A stretch of DNA of 64,000 nucleotides from Squalus acanthias (lineage: Eukaryota), in the NCBI GenBank assembly GCA_030390025.1, contig CM059430.1, forward strand, positions 39,804,001-39,868,000, written 5' to 3'. A model generated the notes under the pieces. The model saw only the letters and a program-made list of their open reading frames with translations. It was not told the origin of the DNA and did no database searches. This document shows positions 48,814 through 60,666 of this stretch, in pieces (positions within the stretch are counted from its first letter, which is position 1; every line of letters begins with the position of its first letter). A program made the translations under genes and the position numbers.

Positions 48814-51427
48814 CTCTTTCTCTCTCCACGGATGTTGTCTGGCCTGCTGAGTTTTTCCAGAGTTTTCTGTTGTTATTTTAGATTGATCCCCAGCCTGTGC
48901 TGCATTAGCTTGTCTCAACGGGAGCAGGGAGCTACAATTGAACTCAATGATCTTGAGCTAGAGAGGGAAACTATTTGCCAGACTTCCCACTTATGATATC
49001 CAGTGACCCCTAGTGGAAAATATGCATGTATGGGCACCTACTGAAGGTGAGAGTGGGCGCAGCCCCGATAACCTGATACTCTAGTAGCCCTTTGAGACTC
49101 TCATCAAAAGAAGCCATTTGGATGTGTTGCCAGAGGGCTACCGGCACACACAGAACTATACACTGGTCTGAGGTCAGTACCTTCAAAAAGGGAAAAAGGG
49201 AGAAAATGGGGAAAAAAATACTATTCTGGGTGTAGTGGGAACCTTTTTTTTAAAAAATTGGATTAGGATAAAAGACATTTATATATAAAGAAAAAGATTG
49301 TAATCAGTCTTATAACATTTAATATGGATGCAGAAAGCTGCAGTAAAGAAAATGCCACAAGACACTGCAATTTTTTAAAAAACCTTTAGACACCAACTTA
49401 AACACCGTTACACAGTAGCAAGTGCTGCTACATGTGAAATGTTACCATTAAGCCTGTGAAACTATTGCAATTGCCTTTTAAAAATAGTACAGGATTCCAT
49501 TCTCTTTGGAAAAAAATATACACCTGTAGTCAAGTAGCTATTAATTACATAGTACAAAGACAAATCTCCATATTAGCCATATGTGCAAAATATTGGTTTG
49601 GCAAATAGTGTAGTAAAGCCACAATTTTATTTTGATAAAACAGGCTCCATTAGTTCATACTATAGCTCTCATTGAAGCAATGGAAAAATGACTTACTAAA
49701 CTGTGGGAGAACATAAACCAATCATAATCGCATTTGTAAGAGTCATTCTAAAACAGACACTATTAGCAGTAAATTATTTTTCTTTAATTTCTGGAAAATA
49801 TTTAGTTATTAGTAATTTCACTACATGCATGACTATTACCCACACGTGAAAATGACAGTTTAAAATGACACTCAAGTGTCCATCCGAAGTAACATGCCCA
49901 TAAAATAAATCTAAGATCTCACTAGTCACTGCAAGTTCCAGATATCCTGCCACTGCCATAAATGAGACATCTCTGTACAGCTCAAAGCTATGGGGCCCTC
50001 CCACGCACGACAAAACTGCTATAACTCACTAGTTCAGTAAAATTTCTTCAAAATATATTTAACAGCCCAAAATATATTAAACAGCCCAAAAGAGGACAAA
50101 TGGGAGCAAGTCTGTATATTGTAAACACTGTGGGGGGGAAGGAACATTGAAACCTTGAATTATTTTAATGCAGTATATACACATTATTGCAGTCTACAAA
50201 ATAGGAAGCACTGAGTTCGAAGCATGAACTAACCTTCAATGTCTGAATTTCTTCCTGGAGTTCAAAGCAGACTCGGACTTTGCAACTATTGTGATCTTAG
50301 AAGTAAACAACTGAAGTACGTTCCCAGCTTTACATAACTGAAACACATTTCGGTGGATGCATGCAGTTATGATAAAGACACTGTGGTTTACATGATTGGA
50401 AGAAAGACAGAAGCTATGTCCTGTTACTCTAAACTAATTACCTCCTGTAAGGGAGGAGTTTATGCAAAGTGAGAATGTTCTTTAGCAGATTTTTTAAAGG
50501 GACACTGTATCCATTCAAAATGTTTGCAAACCAAATTTTTGTATGTGGAGGGAGTAGAGACAGGAGGCATTTGCATCATTTTTTGTTACATGTTCAAGTG
50601 GCATGATAATTAGTTTGAGGAAACCTCCATCATCATATGTGTTTCTAAAGAAAACAAAGACGTTAATCAAACACTCTTTCAGGATCTGATGATATCCTTT
50701 TAAATGCACAATATCTTTGGGAAATCTTATTTGGGGCAGAAATATAGAAGACTCATAGGTCTTTGCAGTTATTTTTCAACTGATGAAAGCCCAGTTTTTT
50801 AACATAATAGAATCTGTTCAATGGCTTTGATTCTGGGTGAGGGAACACTGCCCCCTTGCCTTGTTCTTTGCTCCAGCAATAATTTTCACAGACCTGCTGA
50901 CAGCATTTAGTGACACTTCATATTGTGTAAGGGTTATTAAATCCGTTGCTTATGGAAATACCCTAGTATGACTTCTAAATTAAGAACACAATAAAAAGGC
51001 TCAAAACAGGCAATTTTTCATCTAAAATACACCCACATACAAGATAGAACAGCTGCACATTTTGAAAGCAAACACCTAAAACTTCTGTGGGTTTTCAGTG
51101 ATATCAAACATAAGAGGAAGTACCAGGCCATGATCAAAACTTTCAATTTTTGACTAATAAAACATTTTATAAATAGATGCTATGACTAATTTATCCATTT
51201 TTCAGATGAGACATTAAACCAAGGCCCTATCTGCTCTCTCGGGTGGACATGAAAGATTCCAATCACACTAGTCGAAGAGAAGGGGAGTTCTCCCGGTGTC
51301 CTGGCCAACATTTATCTGTCAACCAACATCATTAAAACAGATTATTTGGTTATTTGTCTCATTGCTATTTGTGGGACTTTGCTGTGTGCAAATTGGTTGC
51401 CACGTTGCTCTATATTACAACAGTGAC

Positions 51428-51621
51428 TGTCGTAAGAATGAGCCTTACGCGTGGTGAACTTAAAGTAAGCTTTAATCAACTAAAAAGGTGCTACATACAA
51501 AAGAGGTCTTACTCTATGCCTCTCCAGGATCCAACTGCTCAGTCCAGTATTTATCCTGGACTAATCACAGGAAGTGATGCAATAAAGTTCGAGTCACAGG
51601 AAGCTGTATTGTGTTACCACA
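51428..51621 (-). repeat. 3' LTR
   Basis: No difference from 55645-55838 seen on base-by-base reading. Confidence 0.95.
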
Positions 51622-51639
51622 TTCTCCCCCCCCAAAAGA

Positions 51640-54600
51640 TTAGGAGGCCGGGATGCTCCCTCCATTTCGTAGCCGCCGGACGAGGGAGAGCCGCACCCGT
51701 TTGGGTTCTCGTAGTGGTAGAGGGCCCCTAGCCCGTTTACCCGCCGCGGGCCGTGGACCAGAGTCCGAGTGATCCAGCCCGCTCTGTGAGGGGTCAGGAC
51801 GATCCTGACTGTGTACTGGTGCCCGAACGGGTGTCGGGCAGGGCTGTGGCAGATCCGTTTCCGAGCGTATGGTACGGGGTGGATCGTGGCTGCGCGTGCG
51901 AGCCCCGACGGGCTCATAGTCAGTCTGCCCCAGGTCGGCACGCTGGAGTGAGGTACCAGCCGGCGTCAGATCCAGATCGTGATGAGAGGCACCTGGCGAG
52001 CCCAGAGATGTGCCTGGTACAATATCATCCCCTGGTGTCCCTCTATGTTTCGGCGGGCAGGGAGCCAGATCCCGCAATGACACGGTAGATTCCCGACCGT
52101 CAGGATACCGAATATAGGCGTAGGTAGGGTTGACGTCAGTGAGCTCAACCTCATCTACCAGGGGGTCATTCTTAGACGCCCGGACATATCTTCGGAGTAG
52201 CACTGGTCCCGGTGCAGTCAGCCACGACGGGAGAGATATCCCATAGGATGAGCGACGCTGAAATCGGAAGAACCGTTCATGAGGCGTCGTATTTGTGGCG
52301 GTCGAAAGGAGGGACCGTGTGGAGTGTAATGCGTCTGGAAGTACTGCTTCCCATTGCTGGTTGGGTAGGCCCCGAGATCTCAAAGCCAGACGTACCGCAT
52401 TCCAGATGATAGCGTTAAAACGCTCGACTTGCCCATTCCCGACCGGATGATAAGGCGTCGTTCTGCTGGCAGCAATACCCCGTTCCGAGAGATAGGCCTT
52501 GAGTTCTCCTGACATAAAAGAAGGGCCCCGATCCGAATGAACATAGGATGCCATGCCACAGAAAGCAAATACCTGCTCAAGGCAGCTGATAACCGTGGTC
52601 GTCAGCATATTGGGGCAGGGAAAGGCAAACGGAAAACGGGAATACTCATCGACCATGGTCAACAGATAAGTGTTGCGAGTTGAAGAGGGCAACGGCCCCT
52701 TAAAATCGATGCTAAGCCGTTGCATTGGCTGGGTCGCATGTATGAGTATACCACCCGAGGGGCGGAAAAACTGAGGTTTCAATTCTGCACAGACTCTGCA
52801 GTCCGAGCACATCTTCTTTACATCCCCGGTAGAGAATGGGAGATTTCGGGACCGCACGAAGTGTAGCATGCGAGTAACGCCCGGATGACACAACCCATCA
52901 TGGATGTCTACGAGCGTAGAGGGTGCCATGGCGGAGCAGAATGCTCGTGTGAGGGTATCCGGAGCCACATTCTCCTTGCCAGGTCGATAGTGGATGGTGT
53001 AACCAAAAGAGGCCAATTCCAGCCGCCAAAGCTGGATTTTATTATTTTTAATTTTGGTCCGTTTTCGATTATCGAGCATGAAGGCGACCGATCGCTGGTC
53101 CGTGATTAAGGTAAAGTGCTGGCGAGCTAGGAGATGAGTCCACTTCCGTACTGCCTCTATGATGGCTGTAGCTTCTTTCTCGACTGGAGCTCAGCCCCTT
53201 GAAAAGTCCTGGACAAAAATGCCACCGGACGACCTTCCTGATTCAGAGTGGCCGAGATCGCCACCTCCGAGGCATCACACTCAACAACAAAAGGAAGACT
53301 CTCATCGATGGAGTGAAGAGCCGCTTTCTCCAACTGTTTTTTCAGGAGGTTAAAGGCTGCAACAGCCGCTGTGTCTTCAGTAGAGGTTGGATTCGGTCCG
53401 AGAAGTTAGGAATCCATTTAGCATAGTATGCAAACAGGCCGAGGGCCCGGCGCAAGGAGGCCGGATTCTTAGGTGGCGGGAGCTCTTGGAGTGGGCGAAG
53501 CCTTTCAGGGTCAGGTTTAATGATGCCATTGCCCACACAATAGCCAAGGATGTTGATGGTTGGTTGTGACTCAATGGATTTAGCCGCATTTAATGTCAAA
53601 TTACGGTGCTGGAGTGCATCCCAAAATCGTTGGAGATTGGCGTCATGTTCCCGCTGATTGCGACCTGTGACAGTAATATTGTCCAGATAAGGAAACGTAT
53701 CCTTCAAGTCTTCCTGTTTGACCAGGTCATCCATTGCTCGCTGGAAGACAGCCACTCCATTAGTGACCCCAAAGGGGAGGCGACGAAATTGATACAGCCG
53801 TCCATTGGCTTCAAAGGCCGTATACTGCTTGTCTGAGACCTTCAAGGGTACCTGATGATAGGCACTTTTCAGATCATATGTTGAGAACACCGTGTACTCA
53901 GCCAGTTTATTAACCATATCATCGATGCGCGGCAATGGGTATGCGTCCAAGTCCGTATATTGATTGATGGTCTGTGAATAGTCAATGCACAGCCGTTTCT
54001 TGTGAGGTTGTAGAGGGTTCTTAACAATAACGACCTGGGCGCGCCATGGTGACGAACAAGGCTCGATGATATCCTCTGCTAAAAGCCGAGAAATCTCAGC
54101 CGCAATAAAAGACTGGTCTTCCTGACTGAAACGTCGTGACTTTGTTATAATCGGTTTGCATCGAGGAGGGATACTGGTAAACAGTGAGGGTTCATCCAGT
54201 GAAGCTGCTGACAATGCACAGAACAGTAATCGAGGTCGTATATTAGAAATAGTGAGTTCAGGTTTGGATCCGCCGAACTCAATGGTGAGCTTCTTATGCT
54301 GCTTTTGAAAATCCAGCCCTAAGATAAGATCACTACATAAGTCCTTGAGCACCGAAAGCCGGGTGGAGGGATACCTGTGACCATTAAGTGTTATTTCAAC
54401 CATACAAAAGCCAGAAATTCTGGTATTAAGTGATGACTGAGCCATCGCAATTGCCTGGTCCGATGGGAAAACATGTAGCTTTAACTCTGCAACAATCTGT
54501 TCCCTAATGAAACTATCAGTGCTACCTGAGTCAATTAAGGCATCTAAAGTATGTCCATTAATTGATGCTTTTGTAGCTGCATGGAATAGGTTCTGAGGAC

Positions 54601-55567
54601 AAGCAGCTGTAATTGGTGTCGTTGCACAAAGAGTGGCTGAAACTCTAGGTGTGTTTCTTCGAGAGAAAACCCGAGAGGAAGCATGATAGATTTTAGCCGG
54701 AACATCTTGATAGGCCCTTACCGGGGCAGTTCGGTAGGACTTAGCTTGATAAGCCCTCGTAGAGGCTCTTGATAGGCAAACCTTTGCAAAATGACCCTTT
54801 TTGTTGCAATGACTGCAAAACGCATTGCGAGCAGGGCAGAATTTCCGAGGGTGAAACTCATCACCACAAAAGAAGCATTTCTTAGATTGCCAAGAGGCTG
54901 CCACAGTGGGGTCATCATCCTCTTCATCAGTGAAGTCATCAGATTGATCGTCAGGGATAAAGTCCTCCCTAATAGAGTTCACCTGTGGCCTCTTAAATTG
55001 CCTGACTGTAGTTAAGGCAGCAGACCGAGGTCTGGGCACTGTATAAAGGTCTGCATTTCTTTTTGCCAGATCTAGAGAGCAAGCCATGTCATAAGCTCTC
55101 TGAAGCTCAAGTGTCTTACTTTCCAGTAGATGCTGGCGTATAAATGGGGAGGCAAGCCCGCAGATGAAAGCATCACGGATCATTTCTTCACGGTACAGCT
55201 CAGCTGAGGCCGCCTGAAAGTTACAGTCCATACTAAGTCTGCGAAGCTCTTGGAGGAATTTATCAATGGATTCCTCCGGCCCTTGTTGGGCTGTAGCTAG
55301 TCGATGTCTGGCATAGACCTCATTCGGTGTCTTAGTATATAGTTTTTTAAGCGTCCGAATTGCCTCCTCGTAACTGCCCCATTCCTCAACATACTGAAAT
55401 ACATTCGGAGTGACACAGTTGATGAGTATCCGCAACTTTGTGTCATCATCAGCCTTGCAATGTTCGAGAAAATTGTCAAACGTGCGATATCAGTGTTTCC
55501 ACACCTTACCGGCTGCTGGGGTGTTTGGGTCCAAGTCAAGACGCGATGGTTTAAGGATGTTTTCCAT
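51640..55567 (-). pseudogene. Single gag-pol polyprotein with one stop and two frameshifts
   Basis: ATG at 55567 (MENILKPSRLDLDPNTPAAGKVWKH*YRTF, TGA at 55490-55492); two CCHC knuckles; protease LIDSGS; RT DLKSAYHQ/LPFG/YLDN; RNase H VECDAS...EKEA...TDQRS with frameshifts near 53371 and 53187; integrase HHCC + D,D,E. Confidence 0.92.
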
Positions 55568-55644
55568 GATGGGTGATTCCCTGGATCCTTAGTTCCGAGT
55601 TCGTCCAAAAAGTTTGAGTGCGAAGTTTTCAAAGTTGATTAAAT

Positions 55645-55838
55645 TGTCGTAAGAATGAGCCTTACGCGTGGTGAACTTAAAGTAAGCTTTAATCAACTAA
55701 AAAGGTGCTACATACAAAAGAGGTCTTACTCTATGCCTCTCCAGGATCCAACTGCTCAGTCCAGTATTTATCCTGGACTAATCACAGGAAGTGATGCAAT
55801 AAAGTTCGAGTCACAGGAAGCTGTATTGTGTTACCACA
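55645..55838 (-). repeat. 5' LTR
   Basis: See 3' LTR; contains two TCACAGGAAG repeats, GATAAATA and ATTAAA on the minus strand. Confidence 0.95.
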
Positions 55839-56332
55839 GTGACTACACTTCAAAAGTATTTAATTGGCTGTGATGTCGAGGTTGTTGGAGATTTTTTTTA
55901 ATTTAAAAAATAACTTTTTCTTTCTGTTTCATTTTTCTCTCTTCATCCAATCTTTCTTTCCTTCTCTTTATTTTTCTTTCTGTACCTGATTTGACATTGA
56001 ATTCACCCACTCTAACTTACACTTCCTTGTTCAGACCTTGCGCTGTTCATTTCACAATCCTTGAATCTGGTTGGTTAAGGAAATACCCAGTTGCTTGCCC
56101 TTTTCACACAGATCCCAGATGCCCTGTAGAGGGCGCCGCGCCATTCCCATCTCACACTTCCAGCAACATGCAGGGCAAAATATCGTCAACATTAATTGGG
56201 CAAGGGCAAGTCTAACTAACAGCGGGTGCTGTTCGTTGGCCTGCCACAGCAATTTTTGTGCCAATATCACCAGGTGCTCAGTTGCTGTGTTGTGTTCTCT
56301 TTTTCTTTGGCTAAAAAGCCTGCCAACACTTA

Positions 56333-57168
56333 GGGCTGGATTTTGCCAGCCCTGGGGAGGCGGCTTTGGAGGCGGGACTGCCGGGAAAATGGCAGAATTT
56401 GGGGGCGGGTGCCCAACCCCACCCCCAACCCACCTCCATGCCATCTTGCCAGGAGACGGGTAGCCGTCCCGTGCCGGGTCCTGTCTCCTTGGAGGCGGGA
56501 AGGGATTAAAGCCACTTAACTGCCTGTTAACAGGCAGAAAATAGGCTTATCACCATTTTGCCCACACAAGTGTGGGCTTCCCGAAGGCTCCGAAACCCAC
56601 CAGGGTCACCGAGGCAAGTAGTGGGTCTGCGGGGGTCGGAGGGGTCCAAAAGTGTACTGTGGAGGTGAGTGATGGGTGCAAGTGTGGAGAGGTGAGTATC
56701 TGAGGTAAGTGCAAAATGTTAGAAAAAGTTTACTTACCTTTGTTTCTTCCTGCAGGCTTCAGTCGGTGGGTATGCGGAGAGTCTCGCACCTCCGTGGTAG
56801 AGATGACAGATGGCCATTGCATTCTCCAATGCAACAACCATCTCATTTCTGCAAAAGAAAGAGGTTTGATGAGGTCTTGAATTCAAGACCTCATCAAACT
56901 ACAGAGAATGTCAGTGTTTGACAGCTTCACAGAGCTGTCAAACGAGGACAATTCATCTGTCAAAAATTTTTGACAGATGAAACATCATACGTTGACATTC
57001 TCTGCAACCAGCTTTCCCTTAATTGGCCTGCTAAGCCCGCTGGGTGGGCTTAACAAGGTCAATCAAGGGAAAATACCATGGGTTGGCCACAAGTCGATGG
57101 AGGAGGGACTGAAACCCGACAAGTGGGAGTCCCGCCTCCAAAAGCTCCCCATTGGCAAAATCACCCCC
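56333..57168. mobile_element. Harbinger-type MITE, 836 bp, TTA TSD
   Basis: TIRs GGGCTGGATTTTGCC / GGCAAAATCACCCCC; TTA at 56330-56332 and 57169-57171. Confidence 0.85.
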
Positions 57169-57724
57169 TTACTATCTAGGCTTATACATGAAAAATGGCC
57201 ACTCAGTCAATGACCATGGAACTACAGCACAGCATGAGGCAGCACCTTTGGGTGGAGGTGAGAAATAGGGAGATTTTTTTTTTAATCTGACATTTTCCTT
57301 AGTTTACGATTATTAATAATGAGGAGCCAAAAGAGTTTATTTACAGTAGTAGCACAAGGAGCACAAATGCCCAATGTGTTGCAGCTCATGCCGGTCCCCG
57401 GTCCTGGTCACCCATCCATCTGAAAGGTAGTACAGGTTGTGACTCATCACTTATATGTCATGATAGATCAAATAATAGTGAGGAAAATCGGGAGTCACAA
57501 CAGGAGGAAACAGATGGAAAAGACCATTGCAGCAGCAGGTCAGTTAACAAAAGCAGTGAATCATCTGAATTTGTATTATAAGTTCAATTTTGTCATTATT
57601 CCTGTGCATTAATTTATATTAACCTGCAAATTACTGTCAGCATTAAACTTAACTTAACATTAAGCCCACCTGAGTCAGAGGGTCGTGGGTTCCAACCCAA
57701 CTCCAGGGACTTGAATACATCGAG

Positions 57725-58032
57725 CGTACTGCCATTCAGCCCAACTGGTCTATGCAAGCGCTTATCCTCCACACGAACCTCCTCCTACCCTACTTCATTT
57801 AACCTTATCAGCATATTCTTTTATTCCTTTCTCCCTCATATGCTTATCTAGCTTTCCCTTAAATGCATCTATGCTATTTGCTTCAACTACTCCTCGTGGT
57901 AGCGCGTTCCACATTCTCACCACTCTTAGGGTGAAGAAGCTTCTCCTGAATTCGCTATTGGATTTATTAGTGACAATCTTATATTTATGACCTCTAGTTT
58001 TGGACTCCCCACAAGTGGAAACATTTTCTCTA
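57725..58032 (-). mobile_element. CR1 3' fragment inserted in a Deu-domain SINE (about 57665-58270)
   Basis: GESKTRGHKYKI...FFTLRVVRMWNALP; SINE head precedes it and SINE body follows. Confidence 0.78.
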
Positions 58033-58559
58033 CAGTACTGATGGGAGCGATGCATTGTCTGAGGTACCATCTTTCAGATGGAACGTTAAACCAGCCTGTT
58101 TGTGTGTATGTAAAAGATGCCAAGGCACTAATCAAAGAACAGCAGAGAAATTCTCCCAGTTTCCTGGTCAACATTTAACTCTTCGTCAATGTCACCAAAA
58201 ACAGATTAACTTGTCATTCTCATCGCTGTTTGTGGGACCTTGTTGTATGCAAAATTGGCTCCTGCATTTTTTAAAATTTGTTTATGGGATGTGGGCGTCG
58301 CTGGCAAGGCCAGCATTTATTGCCCATCACATATGTCCTATAAGAAACAAAAGCATTGTTTATCTCAATGTAGACATACTATCCAATCCACCAGCAAAGA
58401 TTCATGCAGGTCAATGCCTGCCTCCCTGGAAGCTTCTAAAAATGCTTTCACTTTAAGGCCATTATCTGTGCCACCCTTACCTGAAATTACTAAATATATA
58501 GATGAAGAAAAAATATTAGAAGCAGCCCACATAGATTTCAGAAATGAAGATCATGTTTG

Positions 58560-59645
58560 ACAAGCATGATAGATTCTTTTGAGGTGGGGACAGATATGAT
58601 GGATGGGGGAAATACAGTGGGTGTAGTGTACATTTCAGAAAGCCTTTGACAAGGTACCACCCATGAGACTATTGGAGAAGATTAAGGGTTATGGAATTAG
58701 GGGAAGGGTAGCAAAGTTAATTAAAAACCAGCTAGAAGGGAGGAAACAGTAAGAGTTAAGGGCAGTTTCTCAGAGTGGTTGAAAGCGGTAACGATGTCCC
58801 ACAGGGTTCTGTTCCGGGACCACTTCTGTTCACTGTGTGCATCAATGATTTTGGTACAGGGCTAGAGGAAGTGGTGCCCAAATTTGCAGATAAACTTAAA
58901 TAGGAGGCATAGTAAATAATTCTGAAGACCAAAGGAAGCTGCAAAGTGATATTGATAATATAGTGGAATGGGCAAAAAAAAATAGAGATGGAGTTCAATG
59001 TTGGTAAATGTGAGGTGGTACATTTTGTTAAAATAAATGTGATAATTATACTTTGGGTGATATGAAAGAGCAGAAGGATTTGGGGGTTCATGTTCACAAG
59101 ACATTAAAAACAGCAGCTCAAATGGATAATTAAAAAAGCTAATGAATACTGGGTTTTATAACAAGAGGTATAGCATACAAAAGTCACAATGTAATAGTGA
59201 ATCTGTATATAAACCTTAGTAATACTATTGTTGGAGGATTGTGTGTAGTTTTGGGTTCAACTACTACACGATTGGAAATGTGGAGGCAAGAGTGACAGCA
59301 CAGATTTATGAGGATGTTGCCTGGTATGAGAAAATACAAGTACGAAGAAAGACTTAAAAAATTGAGATTATTTTCAGAAGTGATTTGATGGAGGTGTTTA
59401 AAATTATGAAGGGATGGGACAGAGTAGACAGAAACAGACTGTGTCCAGTATTTGAGGGGTCTAGAATAAGGGGAAATTGATGCAAGATTAAATGTTAGAG
59501 ATTTAGAACAGACCACATAAGAAGTTTTTACACAGAGTTTGTGAGGCTATGGAATGCACTACTGGAATTAGTGATTGAACCGGAGGCCATGTCAACATTT
59601 AAGAATAGGTTAGATAAGTGGTTGAGGGAAAGGAGAAATGAAGGT
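58560..59645 (+). mobile_element. Old degenerate CR1 (RT to C-terminus)
   Basis: cagaaagcctttgacaaggtaccac (KAFDKVP), aaatttgcagat (KFAD), tgtgtgtagttttgg relics with many indels. Confidence 0.78.
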
Positions 59646-59705
59646 TATCCTATGCAGCCACAGCTCATGCACCACTCATAGACAGCAGAGGATCCCAGAT
59701 ATAAT

Positions 59706-60399
59706 GGCCCGTATTTTCCGATCGCAGGCCTTCCGCAGGCAGAGGCCTGCGATCTGGAAGAATCTGCGCCCTTGCCTGAGGGCTCCCGGGACGCACACGC
59801 TTCCGCTCCTGGGCCTCTCCAAACTGCCGGTGCGCAGGGCCCACGTATCCCAGAGGCAGCAGGCAGTTCGCAGCGTCCCTGGGATCACGTGGGCCATGGG
59901 GAGCCAATCACAGAAGGGAATCTCCCTTCATACATTTGACAGGAAGACCTGTCAAATATATGAATGGAGATCAATGAAAAAACATAGTAAAACTTTAAAT
60001 AATTTTTTTTTTAAATCACATTTTTAAAATGACTTGAAATTACAAAAATTTAATTTTTTGAAAAAAATAATTAAAGTTTTTTACGGGGTTAAAAATAAAC
60101 TTACCGTTTTTAAAGTATTTTTAAATGATAAATCAGTGAAAAAATTTTTTTTTACTTTTTTTCAACTCTTATCCTGGTAAAAGCAGGCCTTATGCTGGAG
60201 GGTCTCCAAAAAGTGGAACTATCTGCCTGCAGAGGCCCTTCTCCAGGGCAGCCGGAGGATCTGTCAAGACCATTCTTGACAGATCGGAAATGCCGGTTTT
60301 CAGCGCATGCGCTGTGCATGCCTGAAACCGGCATTTCCGATGTCCCTACGGGTGGGTACGCAGCGCGTACTCACCCGTAGGGATCAGAATATCTGGGCC
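59706..60399. mobile_element. MITE with imperfect 18-bp TIRs and AAT TSD
   Basis: GGCCCGTATTTTCCGATC...GATCAGAATATCTGGGCC; AAT at 59703-59705 and 60400-60402; strong internal palindrome 60283-60341. Confidence 0.78.
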
Positions 60400-60666
60400 A
60401 ATAAAACTCTTGCTACAGCCAGACTTTATCAAACATATCATTGGTCTCTTGAAGCAGCACTTCAGGTCAGGATCAATCAGGGGTAGCCTTACAATACAAT
60501 TCTTGGGTTTCCAAAGTAATTATTGTCCACCGCATACTTCATAACTGTTCTGAAGAGAGGCCTTAGCATGCAGGTCGATGGCTTTTAATACTATTATCGT
60601 GCTCGGTCAATGAGGAATTAGCAACAGTACCAGTTATGCAGCAAATTAAGCACCTTTTACTAAATC

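Larger units (their letters stand above)
48453..48878 (+). mobile_element. Non-coding Penelope pLTR-derived tandem insertion, 9-bp TSD, inside an older SINE-like repeat
   Basis: Near-identical units 48531-48631 and 48777-48877; TAGATTGAT at 48444-48452 and 48879-48887; internal (TCTCTTAATG)n. Confidence 0.78.
51428..55838 (-). mobile_element. Complete Ty3/Gypsy LTR retrotransposon, 4411 bp, 5-bp TSD GTGAC
   Basis: Two 194-bp TGT...ACA LTRs; GTGAC at 51423-51427 and 55839-55843; PPT GGGGGGGGAGAA at 51622-51633; domain order gag-PR-RT-RH-IN. Confidence 0.97.
51200..55872 (+). mobile_element. Deu-domain SINE split by the Gypsy insertion (51200-51427 and 55839-55872)
   Basis: Rejoined sequence attacaacagtgac|tacacttcaaaagta matches the intact SINE at 20787-20830. 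Confidence 0.85.

Noticed and set aside
51594-52088. Possible env or extra ORFs at the Gypsy 3' end
   Set aside because: They overlap the Pro-rich integrase tail; no signal peptide, transmembrane segment or chromodomain.
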